A stretch of 64,000 bases of DNA, from contig CM052816.1 of NCBI GenBank assembly GCA_028534125.1, positions 46,874,001 through 46,938,000 on the forward strand. The letters are read 5' to 3'. Position numbers and translations under genes: made by a program. Numbering within the stretch: position 1 is the first letter of the stretch; each line of letters starts with the position of its first letter. The DNA comes from Lama glama (taxonomy: Eukaryota). Positions 47,716 through 60,400 of the stretch are shown one piece after another. Below the pieces are notes generated by a model, which worked only from the letters and a program-made list of their open reading frames with translations, did no database searches and was not told the origin of the DNA.

Positions 47716-48982
47716 AAGATAGATTTCAGTCTCTATTCTAAGTTGGTAATAGTTGTACATTCTCTGCACTTTTCTAACGAAGATAAAAAGTTATGCAGTT
47801 GATAGAATCAATGCTTAATACTAGATGAAAATTAACTACTTATGGCTCCCATCTCATACTTTCTTTCCAACAGGAGCCTTCTATTGAAAGTGAGAATCAA
47901 GGAGCTTTTCTTTCAGGGTAGCCGAAGGTCCAGACTAAACCAGACTGTTCACTAAATAACTCCATTACGGATTTCAGTCCTTCCTGATTATAAGGAGAGT
48001 GTGTACAATGAGACAAAACATGGGGAAGGAGACTATGCACATTCTGGTGAATTATCAGATAGATGGCTGAATGAGTTGCTATGAAATTTAGAGTTTATGA
48101 TTTATAGTCTTTCATGGTTAAAACAGGTATATTCATCCTCACTTGCTGACAGAAATCATGTGAGGGTTGGTTTCAAAATAAAAACAGAAGGAAAAAACAG
48201 GTCTCCAAAATTGCTGCTCTTTAGATAAACTTCAGTCCTTAGCGACTCCAGTTGTAAATAGACTCAGTGATCACGCTGTCAGAGAATAAGCTTTCATGAA
48301 TTAAACATACTCTAATTCATAAAGGCTCCATTTTGTGAATTAAATGTCCCAAGTACTATTTGTGATAATATCATTACCTGCCAAAAGCATATGAAAAGGA
48401 TAAGGTGAAACAAAGTTCAGGACTAACTAGAACTTTCCCTCAAAGCACTTTGCCTTTCTAGGTGTGTTCCCTGAGTGCCGTGCTCAATAAAACTCACACC
48501 CAGACACATCACCCACATCCTGCTTTTTTCTCAACCTGACTCTGTGCCCTAAAATTAAGCCATTAAACCATTAGAATTAAACCATTCAAGGAATAAAAAT
48601 TTGTTTGGTCACAATGAAAGAACGGATGAATTCAAATCAGATTTGTGGTTTTAATTTCAGTGTACCGAAACTAGATCTCATTATTTGAAGGCTTATGTTT
48701 TAGACTGAGTAAAAATTACTTCTTCTTCTATCAAAATGGTTTAGTTCTGTTGTGAGCTTGAAGTAAAATGTCCTCCATTGTCTCTATGAGCTTAAATTAA
48801 CCTCAAATTAACCTTTATTATTATTTTAAATTATTTTTCTATGCTGGCAAAATCACAGAAAATATTTGGCTATTTATCTCTTCCAAGACACAGAATGACA
48901 TCTTGATTGTTCGAGATAGTTAAATGTCTGATGTAAACAAGCAATTTTTTTCCCCTCGATGGATTATCACGACTCACTTTGG

Positions 48983-49170
48983 CAGCAGTTCTGTAATATT
49001 TTACATAAAAATCACCTGGGAAGCTTAAGAATTCAGATTGGCAGGCCTTTCCCCTATGACTGATTCAGTAGGTCAGGGGCGAAGTTCAGCAATCTTTATT
49101 TTTCTCAGCCATCCCTCTCCATTCTGATGCAAGAAGTCCATCCAAGCCGTGCACTTTCAAAATACTCCTG
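48983..49170. mobile_element. MER5-type hAT-Charlie MITE
   Basis: AATCACCTGGGAAGCTT...CAGATTG...CTGATTCAGTAGGTC...ATTCTGATGCA...CACTTT. Confidence 0.7.
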
Positions 49171-50344
49171 GGGCCAAAGTCAAAGGAGACTTAATGAAAT
49201 ATTTGGAGTAAAACATAAATATTTTCTTTCTTTCTCTCCTACTGTCTTTCATTCCTTTTCTCCTTGTTGCTCTAAACTTCGTGTTGAAGTCCCCCCATCA
49301 CCCATTTTGCCCTTAAACACACAATTAAGCAATAACTCTGGTCTCTTCCTAACAGACTGTGTTTATCCCATGGAAAATACGATTTTATGTTCCTCTAGTA
49401 AAGTGTGCAGACACAAGGGATAGTCTTCATGACTAGAGCTGGGGCTTTGCAGATTGAGTTTTGCTCCCAAATGTCTTCTCTCAATTTTTTTTTCACCTTT
49501 GCGAAAAACTGATGAGGAATTAATAACCCTGTTAATAAGGCTGCCTTATAGAGAGCTGATTTTCAAAATGAATAGAATTTTTAAGTGGGACGATACTGTT
49601 ACTATGATAAGGGCTCTCTGGTTTGGGGGACATACCATCTTATCTCGTCCCTTCTGAGTGTCTTTCTTTGCAGGGCTGTAGTTGTCTGTCTCCTGTTTAG
49701 TCCAAGGGTGATTTCTGAAAATTCACTGTTCATTGCACAATGCTAATTCAGTGTCCGCTACAGGAGAAGCACTGTCCTAGGCCCTAGGGACACCCCTGTG
49801 AGCAAAATAGAACTGGTCCTTGTCCTCATGAAGCTTTCAGCCTGAATTATGGCCTGAAATAAGTGGTAGCTTTATGAGGTTACTTGGGTTGCCAAAGTGA
49901 ACTTGAAATTGAAAGGAACTTCAGTGATACTTGGTTGCTACAGTTTTTTGGATCTGGAAGAGCCCTTAAAGATGTTGACTTTAGTCTTTTTATTTGAAAG
50001 CTGACAAGAGTGAGATTAAGGAAGATCAAAGGACTTTTCAATCATGGGACTAGGTAGTGGTACAGACAGACCTTGAATTCAGCTCTGGATAAAAATGTTA
50101 GAATTTTAGTGGGGGACCTTAGAGATCATCTGTTGAACTCATTTTACACTTGAGGTTACTGACCCGGGTCCCAAAGCCACATGGCTTCTTTGCGACACAA
50201 TCAGGATGTGTAGCTGAATATTCTTCATGCCAAGCAATATTCTTGATGATAAACCTTAGTGTTGACTCTGAGTTCAGGACTTTCCCCTCACACTGTATTA
50301 TCTGTCTCATGGACCGAGTGTTTGGATGAAATTATCAATTACTT

Positions 50345-52180
50345 TGAAAAAAAACTTTAAAATTTAGAATAGATAAAGATTTAAGGGAAATTTATGAAAA
50401 TAGTACAGAGGTTTCCCACACACCCTCCACACTCCCTCTATTATTAACATCTTACTTTATTACAGTACATTTGCCCAAATTAATGAACTAATGTTGATAC
50501 ATTATTAACTAAAGCCCATATTTTATTTAGATTTCTTTAGTTTTTACCTAATGTCCTTTTTCTGTTCCAGGGCCCCATCCAGGAAACCACGTTACATTTA
50601 GTCGTCACGTTTCCTTAGGCTCCCCTTGTCTGTGACAGTTTTTCAGATTCTTCTTGGTTTTGAGGACCTTAATAGCTTTGAGAAGTGTTTTGTAGAATAT
50701 TCCTCAATTGGGATTGGTCTGATGTTTTTCTCAAGAATGAACTGTTGTTATGGATACTGGGGAAGGAGACCATGGAGTTAAATGACCCTTCTCATCACAT
50801 CATAGTGAGACTACCTGCTGTCAATGTGACTTGTCACCGTTGACATTGATGGTAACCCTGATAACCTGGCTGAGGTTGTGTTTGTTAACTATAGAGTTAA
50901 TTTTTCCCTCCCCTTTCCATGCTGTAGTATTTGCAAGAAAGTTACCATGTGTACCTCACACTTAAGGACTAGGGAATTACGCTTCTCCTCTTTGAGGTTG
51001 GAATTCTACATAACTTTTTTGGAAATTTTCTACATGGGAGATTTGTCTATTATCCCTCATTTACATTTATTCACTAATTTATATCTGTATGAGGTTTAAT
51101 TCAGTAGTACTTTATTTGTTGCTCAGATTGTCCCATCTTTGGCCTTTGGGAGCTCCTGTGTCCCTTTGACTTAACACCATCAGTGTGTGTATGTAAAATG
51201 TTTCTTACTTTCTGACCCTGCAAGATGCCCCAGGCTCATCGTATTTATTTTCTGCCTGAGTTCTAGAATCAGCCATTTCTCCAAGAATGCCTGGTTCCTT
51301 TTATTGAAAATGATATTAGAAACTAAGTTCTGGGCACTAGTGTGCTTGCTCCTACTGAGATATCTTTGCTTCTAGGTCCTCTCAGCTGAAAAAGCAAGGA
51401 AATATATGTGTGTATGTTAACTCATGTATATGCACATATCTATAAATATTTCCATATATATATATTTATTTGTATATGTGTTAAGTTAAACAGAAATCCA
51501 TACTGATGTCTCTAACTTTAATCCATTAGCACATGGATCACTCTAGCCTTCTCTCTTTGCTTATCTGGCACCTCCCACTCTAACTACAGGAAACCTGGCT
51601 TTTACTGTTTGCCACCCAGTTGTTTAACTTTCCAATGCCAGTATACACGTATAGTGGTTTCAACAAGTTTATCGACTAGGGCACAGTGCTTATGTACGGT
51701 TGCTTCTGCCTCAGTCCTACAGACTCCACCCACTACTGGTTGCTTAGGTCAGCACCTGTTCCTCCTGTCTGCTTCAGTCAGGTTGTTTCATACATTTGCA
51801 GTCCGATTACATTATTTTCTCAGAGTTGCAGTTCTTCTAAATGATCTTTTTTTAATTTGAAAAAATTAAGGCTCACTCTTTGTGTTCTAAAGTTCTATGG
51901 GTTTTGACAAGTGCGTAGTATCATGTATTCACAATTACAGTATCATATGGTAGCATAACTACCCTAAAAATATCCTCTATTCTTCATCTTATCAGCTCTC
52001 CTTGTTGTCCCCAAACCCTTGGCAACCATTGATCTATTTACTATTTCTATAATTTTGCTTTTTTTTTTTGAAATGTAATATAAATAGAATCCTATGGTAT
52101 GTAGGTTTTTTGGACTGGCTTTTTTCACTTAGCAATGTGCATTTAAGATTCATCCACATCTTTGCATGGCATTAGTTACT
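50345..52180 (-). mobile_element. L1 (L1MC/MD-type) long 3' UTR
   Basis: AATAGTACAGAG...TTCTGTTCCAGG.CCCCATCCAGGA...ACATTTAGTCGTCA; GAATCAGCCATTTCTCCAAG; GACTGGCTTTTTTCACTTAGCAATGTGCATTTAAGATTCATCCA. Confidence 0.88.
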
Positions 52181-52803
52181 TTTTAATCAAGTAAGATAGT
52201 AGAATATAGTTATTTCACTATTTATGATTTTAATTGTGTTGGAATTAGTATATCTAGCTGTAATAATAGAAGTGAGGACAGAGCACAGTGCTGATAGAGG
52301 ATGTTGTTCGCTCTGTTGAGGTAGACAAGGAAAAGCTTCATGGAGGAGAAGGAAAAACTTGGGTTAGTTTTTTATTTTAATAGTTTTCTTTGTAAAGACG
52401 ATGTCACACACACACATTCTCACCATCTTAACACAGAAGGTGTATTCATTTTGATGTCTAGATTTGAAGTATACATGCATACATTTTTGCAAGCATTATT
52501 AGTAGAATTTTGTATTATTTTACTTGATAATAGTACTGAAACATTTTTCATTTTATCGTATACATTTCACAATTATAATCTTACAAATGCTTTAAATTTA
52601 TTTTTATGTTTATAAAAATTATACATGTTAATCTAAATTTTTCCATTAAATATCAGTAAAGCTGGAAAAATAATTATACATGTCAACTATAGATAAATAC
52701 AGAAAAGCATGAAAAAATTAAAAGATTGTAATCCCATTAATCATCTGCAAAGGCAATATTTTACTATACTTTCAATCTCTAAGTGGATTTTAACATTTCT
52801 GTA

Positions 52804-52942
52804 GGGAGGGTATTGCTCAGTGGTAGAGTGTGTGCTTAGCGTGCAAGAGGTCCTGGGTTCAATCCCCAGTATCTCCAGTTAAAAAAAAGTTAAAAAAAAA
52901 ACCAAACCCTTATTACCTACCCCCCAACAAAAAGAGACAATG
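52804..52942 (+). mobile_element. tRNA-derived camelid-type (vic-1-like) SINE
   Basis: A box TTGCTCAGTGG, B box GGTTCAATCC, non-tRNA tail. Imperfect TSD TAACATTTCTGTA (52791) / TAACATTTTGTA (52943). Confidence 0.9.
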
Positions 52943-53202
52943 TAACATTTTGTACATTTTAATTTTTTCTTTAACATTATAATATTCTGTGTTTTTTGAA
53001 ACTGTTTATTAGCACAAATTTAATGGCTGCATAACATTTCCTTGTTTGGATGTTCCATTATATTCTTATGTTTCCTATTACACTGTTGTAAGTAACTATG
53101 TGGTAATACTGTAACAAACATCCTTGTAAATAAATTTTTTCTGTAGACTTCAATTAATTTTCTTTATAAAGATTCCTAAGAGGAAAAATAAAGCCCAATC
53201 TT

Positions 53203-53740
53203 TTGTCAGTTGGGATTACTTTCAGCTGTGAGAATACCCTGCCCTAAAAAGACTTAAACAGTGAGTAATTTATTTACATCATGTAAAAAAGAAGGCCAGA
53301 GTTAAAATTCAGAGTTGCTTCAGTTACTGACACAACAACATAGTCAAGAATCCTTGTGTTCTTCAGCTTTATCATCTCCAGCATCTTGGTCTTTGTTTCA
53401 GGCTTTATCCCCTCATTGTTGCAAAGTGCTTGTTATAGTTCCGGGTGTCGTGCTAGACCCCAAAAGCCATTAGAAGTAGAGAACAGTTCTCTTACTTGTC
53501 AGTTTTCATCAATAAGGAGACTTTTCTCAGAAGCCCCCCAGTATGTCTTTTCTTATATCGCATTATCTAGATTTGAGTCCCTCTCTGGCAAAGGGGAATG
53601 GTGTTACCATGATTGGCTTAGACTTGTGTGAATTGTCCCAAGTGACTGGCTCAGGGTCTGTTTTGATTAGTATCAGGGTTTTGTTGGCGAGAGAGAAGTG
53701 GGAATAATAGTTGTATTTACAGTGAAAAGTGAATGCTATA
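53203..53740 (-). mobile_element. Old MaLR LTR (MLT1J/K-like)
   Basis: GTCAGTTGGGATTACTTTCAGCTG...GACTTAAAC...CAGAAGCCCCCCAG...GGCAAAGGGGAATGG...CCATGATTGGCTTAGAC. Confidence 0.65.
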
Positions 53741-54349
53741 CATGTTTTCTGTAGTTCTCGAGTTCTTTATTTTGAAGTGACTTTTAGTCATCTAGAGAAT
53801 ATTTTCAAAGGCGTTTTTGGAGATATGCAGGTATTTTCATATAAGAGTATCTTCACATTTCACACATGAAAAGTAATACAGCTGAGAATAAAATTTATGG
53901 ATCAGAGATGTTTTGCTTCAAAATCATACAGACATTGCTCCATTGGCTCCTGGAAATTAATGAAGAAAAAAGACAATATACAACCAATCAAAATAAATTC
54001 ATTGCTTCTTTTTAAGTAATTTTCTCTGTCTGAAGGCTTATGAGAATTTTTCTTTTTGCCTGTGTTTTAAAAAACTTTCTTCTGTGATCTCGATAGATCT
54101 TGTATTTCAATCAATTCTTTCTGAAATATCAAAACCTCTTTTATCTGCATATTCTGGCTTTAAAAATTTATTCAAGAAATATATTTTTCTGCAATTATAG
54201 TTTTGGTTCTTGTGTCTGTTTTAAATATTGTGTTTCCTTCCTCAGAAGCATGTGTTATTTTTATATTGTATCTTTATTTTCCATTCCCGATTTCCATCTC
54301 CGTATTTTCCGTGTGTGTTATTGTCTCAACACTTCTTATTCTTAGGTTG

Positions 54350-54758
54350 TGTTGTGTGGCACAGTGGGGCGGCCAGCTGGTGAGCCAGTGACACGTGGGT
54401 TGGTAAAAGAATTTACCAGAGATTAAGTATAAGAATAGAAAGGAGTTTATTAAGTATGCTGTCATAGACAACAGCAGGCCACACAGGCGAGGGGTGCCTG
54501 TGTGAGCACCGAGGGCCGGTTGTTGGGGTGTTTTATAAAGTCAGGCACGAGGTGCCTGACTGGCTTGTGCACAAGTCTGGTTGTAGGTGAGGGAAGAGGT
54601 TTAGGGTCCGTGAAGGGCAGTGGAGTTTGACCCTGATAAGGTAGGCTTTACCTGGGGCTATCAATGTGCTAGGGAACCACGCCAGCAAAGAATGTCAGAC
54701 ATCTGAGAGCCCAGGAATGGGGGTTGTCGGACTCTGAAGGACGTCGGTTGGCCCAACA
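54350..54758 (-). mobile_element. Solo retroviral LTR (409 bp)
   Basis: Terminal inverted repeats TGTTG...CAACA and a 5-bp TSD GGTTG/GGTAG (1 mismatch). The minus-strand TATA (54531-54538) lies upstream of the minus-strand AATAAA (54446-54451). GC/CpG-rich in an AT-rich context. Confidence 0.8.
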
Positions 54759-56354
54759 GGTAGGACTCTGTCTTCCATATCATGTGTATATTTTTATTTC
54801 TCATATTTTCCCTCTACATCCTTTTCTTTTGAAAACAGCGAAATTCAAAACAATGTTTTGTTTTACTTTTTTAAAATGTGGCTTTCAGAAGATTAAAAAT
54901 GACATATGAGGCTTGCTTTATATTGTTTTGATTTTTTCACAACTGAGCCGTTGGTGGCCAGCACAGAGTTTGACACATTATAGGCACCAAGTACATCTTA
55001 GTTGTATAAATGAATGAAGTTGTTAATAATTGAAATTATTTAACTATTTACATAATTTCATCTACTGAGAAACTCAATCCCAAATTAGGAAGAGCAGTGG
55101 TGAGTGAGTGTGGTGGGAAATGTATTGGATTTGATTAGGTTTTAGAGAAAAGCAGTGGGAAATGTGCCTTTGAATGTAGTGGATGCCTGAGGACTGGAAA
55201 AATGCGTGTATATATCCAGATCTTTCTCTTCTCTCATCTCCCTGCTCTAGGTTCTCTCTCTACCTTTCTTCCTTTTCCCACTTTTTCTCCATGTTCTCTA
55301 ATCTCTTGGGATTTTGTTGTTGTTTATTCTGTTTTCTCTTACAGTTTAAAAATCTACTGAGTCATTGACTAAGTATAAAACGTGAGATGAAATAAAAAGA
55401 AGCCCTGTAACTAAATAGGGTCATGGAATTTTAGGTAATTTTTCTTAATCTAGTCCTCTCCTCCCCCCCTCCCTAATTAAAAGTTTGATTATTATGGTTT
55501 TGGGCTGGTGCTCATTATACAATAAATACTGTAATTGGCCAGAGAAAGCTTTGAAGGCGGTTTCTGACACTGGCCACTGTTTCCCACATACAAGTAATCC
55601 ATAGTTGATTAAAAGACTTTTTAACCCTCAGTGCTTCAAAACCTCCCTAGTTTGTTGATAACATGAGAACTATGTGATATCACGATTGTAGCGTTAAGTA
55701 TGTTTTAGGCTGATTTAAAGAGTAGTTTTAAGTGATGCTCTCAGTGGCATGGAGTTGGAAGCTAGAAAATGTTTTGAGAAGGGCCAAGAGGGTGCGGACT
55801 GTGTGTGAGAAACACTTACCACCAAGTCTGACAGATTCTCGCACACGGTAAATCAGCCCTTTTTTATGAACCCTTCACAGTGGGACTTCATTAATGATTT
55901 GAAAAGTTTGGGACTCATAAAATAGGAGATACAGGCTTTGAAGTATAAATGTGAAATTGTATGACAAACGTGGCATTGTCCATCTTCTTGACCTTCTGTG
56001 GAACCCAGAACTTTCCCGTTTGTTCCTTTCTTACCTGTTAATTTTTTAAGCTTCAACTGGATGTTGATGTTTGTATCACAAATACGGGAAACTAATTTTT
56101 ATTTTAATAGGAGCCTTCATGTGAAACAATGAATGATACCAAATTATTATTAATGGGAGAGGTAATTTGGATTGTCTTAAATTTTACCCATGATATTTAA
56201 AAACAGTGGTGTTTAGACTGTTCCAGGTCTGCCGTTCCCAGACTGGCTTTTTCTGCTTACACCAGGTTCACATGTGATAGCACATCAGCATAAAGGGAAT
56301 TGGAAACTTGACTCTAGGATTGTAATGAGCTCTCTCGCAGCAAACTGTGAGTAC

Positions 56355-56597
56355 AGTGACCTGGTTCTGAGATCTAACTGCCTGGATTTGAATCTGGAGT
56401 AGACCATTCACTTGCCATATAACATTGGGAAAGTTACTTCGCTGCTCTGAACATGTTACCTCGTCTATAAAATTGATATAATAATAGCACTTGTCTCAAA
56501 ATATTATTGTCTTCACTTCAATAAGTTAATACATGTCAAGTACATAGAACAGTTCCTGGCCTTTGGTGAACGTTTAGTAAGTATTAGCTATTATTTT
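56355..56597 (+). mobile_element. MIR SINE
   Basis: CTGCCTGGATTTGAATC...TTGGGAAAGTTACTT...CTCGTCTATAAAAT...AGAACAGTTCCTGGC...TTAGCTATTATT. Confidence 0.85.
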
Positions 56598-57109
56598 TAC
56601 ATGATAAGTATCAGTGAAATATGTCTGGATTTTTTATGTGGATAGCCTCAAGTCTAATTCATCCATTTGTTCTGGCTACGTTGCAGTCAATTTAGAAGCG
56701 GTTTTAAACTTGACCCAAATTAGGTATTATTCATATTATAAATGTTGGCTAGGCATTTGGTTATGGTTTTCCAAATTATGCTTATGGAATTGAAATATAG
56801 GGTGAGAATCTGGGTTATAATAGTAAAAAGTTGTTACAAATAATTTAAAAATAATCTATTTGCAGGAATAAATTTTGGCATAAATTTCCCCTATGAATTA
56901 TAGAAATAAATGTCTGAAATCATATTATGCAAAAGAAGGCCACCCTCAATATTTCTAGACTAAAAAAATTGTAGATAAAAGTAAAAACATTCATAAATAT
57001 ATATTTGGGCACAATCATTCATTTCATGAGTCAAAATATTTAATATTGTTTCATCTTCCTGAGTTTCTTGCCTCAGATGTAACTGGGTTGCTTAAATATG
57101 GATTTAAAT

Positions 57110-57600
57110 ATATGAGTTAGAATGCTTTTGGTTGACAGCAACCAAAACACAAGTTATAATGGCCTCATCCAAAAAGAAATTATTTATTCACTCATGCAAC
57201 TCAGAAATCCACAGGACTGGATTCAGGTATGGTTAATGCATGCTATCTCTCAACTCTTCTTTTCTTTATATAGATTCTTCATTCTCAAGTAGATTCCCCT
57301 GGAGTTGTGAAAAAGGCCTTTTAGGCTTACATTCTCACAGTTGAAAAATCATAGTAAAAAGTTCTTCTGAAAGTTCACTCAAAGCATTTTTCAGCAGATT
57401 GACATACATTGTATAGCTATCTCTGAAAATTCGCTATGGCCAGTGGCTGGGTTAGTGGGTTGATCAGCCAGGTCCAGTTTTCATCTTCAGAGTAGGAGAG
57501 GGAATAGGGGGTGGGCGTAGTGGAAAGGGGTGTTTCCCTAAGGTAAAATCTGGGCTTAGCTATCAGATAAAGGATATTCTGCGCCGGCAAGACCAACAGA
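57110..57600 (-). mobile_element. Old MaLR LTR fragment
   Basis: GTTAGAATGCTTTTGGTTG...TTTATTCACTCATGCAACT.AGAAATCCA, MLT1-like. Confidence 0.55.
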
Positions 57601-57849
57601 CTCTGCTGTAGCCAGGAGTGGCCAAGGGCATGTCTGCTGTCATTTCTTTCTTCCTTGTCCTTGGGTGCCATCCTAAATGGTACTCTTTCCAGATGAGCAG
57701 AATTAGCCTCAGAATCTTTTTCAGCAGGATACTTCAAGCAAATTCAACCAGTGGGATTTAAGCTGGCACTCAAATGAAACTGAACTGCCATACCTGGTTT
57801 AGGCAAAGAAATAAACACAGCCATTAGTATTAACATTTGGGCTTTAACA

Positions 57850-58230
57850 CCTGTTGCCTTAAGTTGGCTTCTTCAAAATAAGACCGTGAAATGAAGATGT
57901 GCATTCAGGGAGTGAAAGTTTTTTGGGGATACTCTGGATAAGAACACCTCTAAGGGAGTGAGGGAAGCAGGATTGGAAAGAGGGAATCTCACTGGAAGCT
58001 CTAGAGCTCGGGTTGCCCACAGCGTTGTCCCAAATTGGGGCAAGGGGCCAAGATTTTTATCCATGATGCAAGCTGGGTGCAAGCTGTCATCGTGGAGGGG
58101 TCTAACCTGGGGAGAGGTGGCTACCTGTGTCCCAAGGTAATGCCTTGGAGGGGACATGGAGAGGGACACACCCTGAGCCAAACCAATCAACCCTCCAGGC
58201 AGCTGAGGTTCTAAGCACAGCCGACCAGTA
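57850..58230 (-). mobile_element. Old ERVL LTR fragment (LTR16/33-like)
   Basis: AAGGGAGTGAGGGAAGCAGGATTGG...GGAAGCTCTAGAGC...GCGTTGTCCC pattern. Confidence 0.55.
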
Positions 58231-58821
58231 GAGGTGAATAGAAGAAGTCAACCTGATTGAAGAATAGTTATAATTCAGAGCCTCAGTGTTTTAGTAAGAC
58301 ATTACTTCCCTCAATACCTACTGATACTTTGTTTCATTTCCTTTCAACTGAATTTCTTAGATATCGTGTATACACAATTTGAATAGAGATGATTTTGCAG
58401 CAAATCCTCTGAAGTATGTTCTCACAAAGAGTAACACTAGATACTACACAGGCATCTATGTTCCTTCAAAGAATTAAGAGTTATTGAGCTCTTGTTGTCA
58501 AAAGACTGTAAAGACTGAAAAGCCAGTGTGTATAAGCATTACCTAGTCATAGTGAAGATAACTGAATAACTGAGCTAGAAAAAGGGGAGAATCAGACATT
58601 TTAAAACAAGAAAGCAGTAGAAATTTGTGCAAACAGGAATAAGAACAGCAAGAAAAGAGGTTAGAGAAAGAAAAAAGAAGAGAATCAAGATGGGTGGGAT
58701 TGCTAATGCCTGATCATGTAGGGGTTCTATAACACAGAGACAGGAGCTGCTGTAGCTGCGACACAGACTCTTGAGCAGCATCGCCAGTGTCCATGAGTGT
58801 CAGAAATCTCAAGAGCCAGTT

Positions 58822-58981
58822 GTGTGGGAGGGTGTAGCTCAGTGGTAGAGCATGTGCTTAGCATGCATGAGGTCCTGGGTTCAATCCCTAGTACCTCCAT
58901 TAAAACAAACAAACAAACCTGATTGCCCCCCCAACACACACACAAAAGAAAGAAAAATAAAGTGTTAAAAATTAGAAAAAC
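58822..58981 (+). mobile_element. tRNA-derived camelid-type (vic-1-like) SINE
   Basis: GGGAGGGTGTAGCTCAGTGGTAGAGCATGTGCTTAGCATGCATGAGGTCCTGGGTTCAATCCC with an A-rich tail. Imperfect TSD AAGAGCCAGTT / AAAACCCAGTT. Confidence 0.9.
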
Positions 58982-59868
58982 AAAACCCAGTTAAGACCTT
59001 AGCCATCAGAGAATGATAGCTGCAAGACAGATGGAAACATTTAAAGGGTGCTTCCCAAAAGATCCCCAATAAATCTCAGAGTTCCAGAGTAAGGAGCAGT
59101 GAAATTCATCAGCTCATTACTACCAACAGACACCATTTTATGCCAACAGAGAAGAATGGCTATAAGTTAAACACCATTTGGAAATTATAATGAAAATAAA
59201 CTATAACTTTAAAAATAGAAGCATCAAACTAGGCATGTATGACAAGTTTCATACACTTCATAGATTAAACAAAACTTGAGCATTTAGATGTGTACATTTT
59301 CGAATAATACAGCTGGATTTAGTACCAGAGGACAATCAGTTCGACTCTGTTATTTATTTGGAGAGAAGGAGAGAACAAGTCCAGATATGTTGGGTGACGT
59401 ATTTAAGATCACTCAGCTAGACTGGAAAGCTGATCAAAATATACCCAGTGTAGGTTCAGTGCTTGTCCCTGTGAGCTATTAAAAAAAAGCAAATGTTCAT
59501 GCCACCTTTCCTGTCCTTAAGGAATTGAAACCAAGCTTGACTTTTGTCAGGACAAACATATGTGTTCATCTTAAGGTTGCACTCATGACTCTAAAATTGA
59601 GGGAAAGGCAAATTGGGGGTGAGACCATTATGAAATTATCCGTAGCCTCTAAGTGTAAAAAGTGTTCTTTACAATTCTCTCTAAACTGTGTATAGGAATA
59701 GAATTGAGTTACCCTCAAAGTGCTGGATATTGATAGATATATTTGGCATTTTGAATGTTTAAATTTTTTTTTCTTTCCTTATGGATTTTTGGAACACAGA
59801 ATCCACCCTAAACCAGTCTCCCAATTGGAATTTTCAAATTGGAACTTGGCTTTTGCTTGAGAAACATT

Positions 59869-59935
59869 GTGACTTGGAGATATCTTATTGGATATCTTAT
59901 TGGAGATATCTTAGTGACTTGGAGATATAGTGACA
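59869..59935. repeat. Short irregular tandem repeat
   Basis: Units of TTGG(AG)ATATCTTA and GTGACTTGGAGATAT are repeated. Confidence 0.8.
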
Positions 59936-60119
59936 GGAAATATGTTTGTTTATGGCTAGTAAATTTTTAAAATAAGAATGTAGGAAGAGAGATCATTTGA
60001 AGGTACACCTGAGGACAGAGAAGAGATCTTTGTTTTGTGAAGGGAAAAGTCAGTAATTTATACAAAGTTTTTACATGTGAGAAAATTTGAAATGCTTTGA
60101 AAATCCAGGATTTTTTTTT

Positions 60120-60400
60120 GTTCACTTATTCATTCATTTATTTACAAATATTTGTTTAGGCCAGGTATTTTTCTAGATGCCAAGAACATAGCAGTGAATG
60201 AAGCTTATATTTTAGTTGCTGTGAGAGACATGATAAAGAAGTTAAAAATAATGGTAACAAGACCTGTGAAATGAAGGGGGTCAGAGCTTTGGGGGTGGGA
60301 TTGCTATTTTAAATAGTACATGAAGGTGTCACTGAAATGACATTTAAGGAAAATCAAAGGAGATGAGGAAGCAAGCTGTATAATTCTCTTGGGAAACAGC
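60120..60400 (-). mobile_element. L2 fragment
   Basis: TTCACTTATTCATTCATTTATT.ACAAATATTT...GCCAGGTATT.TTCTAGATGC...ATAGCAGTGAA. Confidence 0.7.

Noticed and set aside
43060..48130. Isolated strong acceptors (AG at 43074, 47872) and donors that could be exons of a long host isoform
   Set aside because: Such sites occur frequently by chance and cannot be supported without transcript data.
52804..52876. tRNA-like sequence with A and B boxes (also at 58826)
   Set aside because: Followed by a SINE body and A-rich tail with TSDs, and the copies are diverged, so these are SINEs rather than tRNA genes.
59869..59935. Interspersed short repeats superficially like a CRISPR array
   Set aside because: Eukaryotic context, irregular slippage-type units and no unique spacers.
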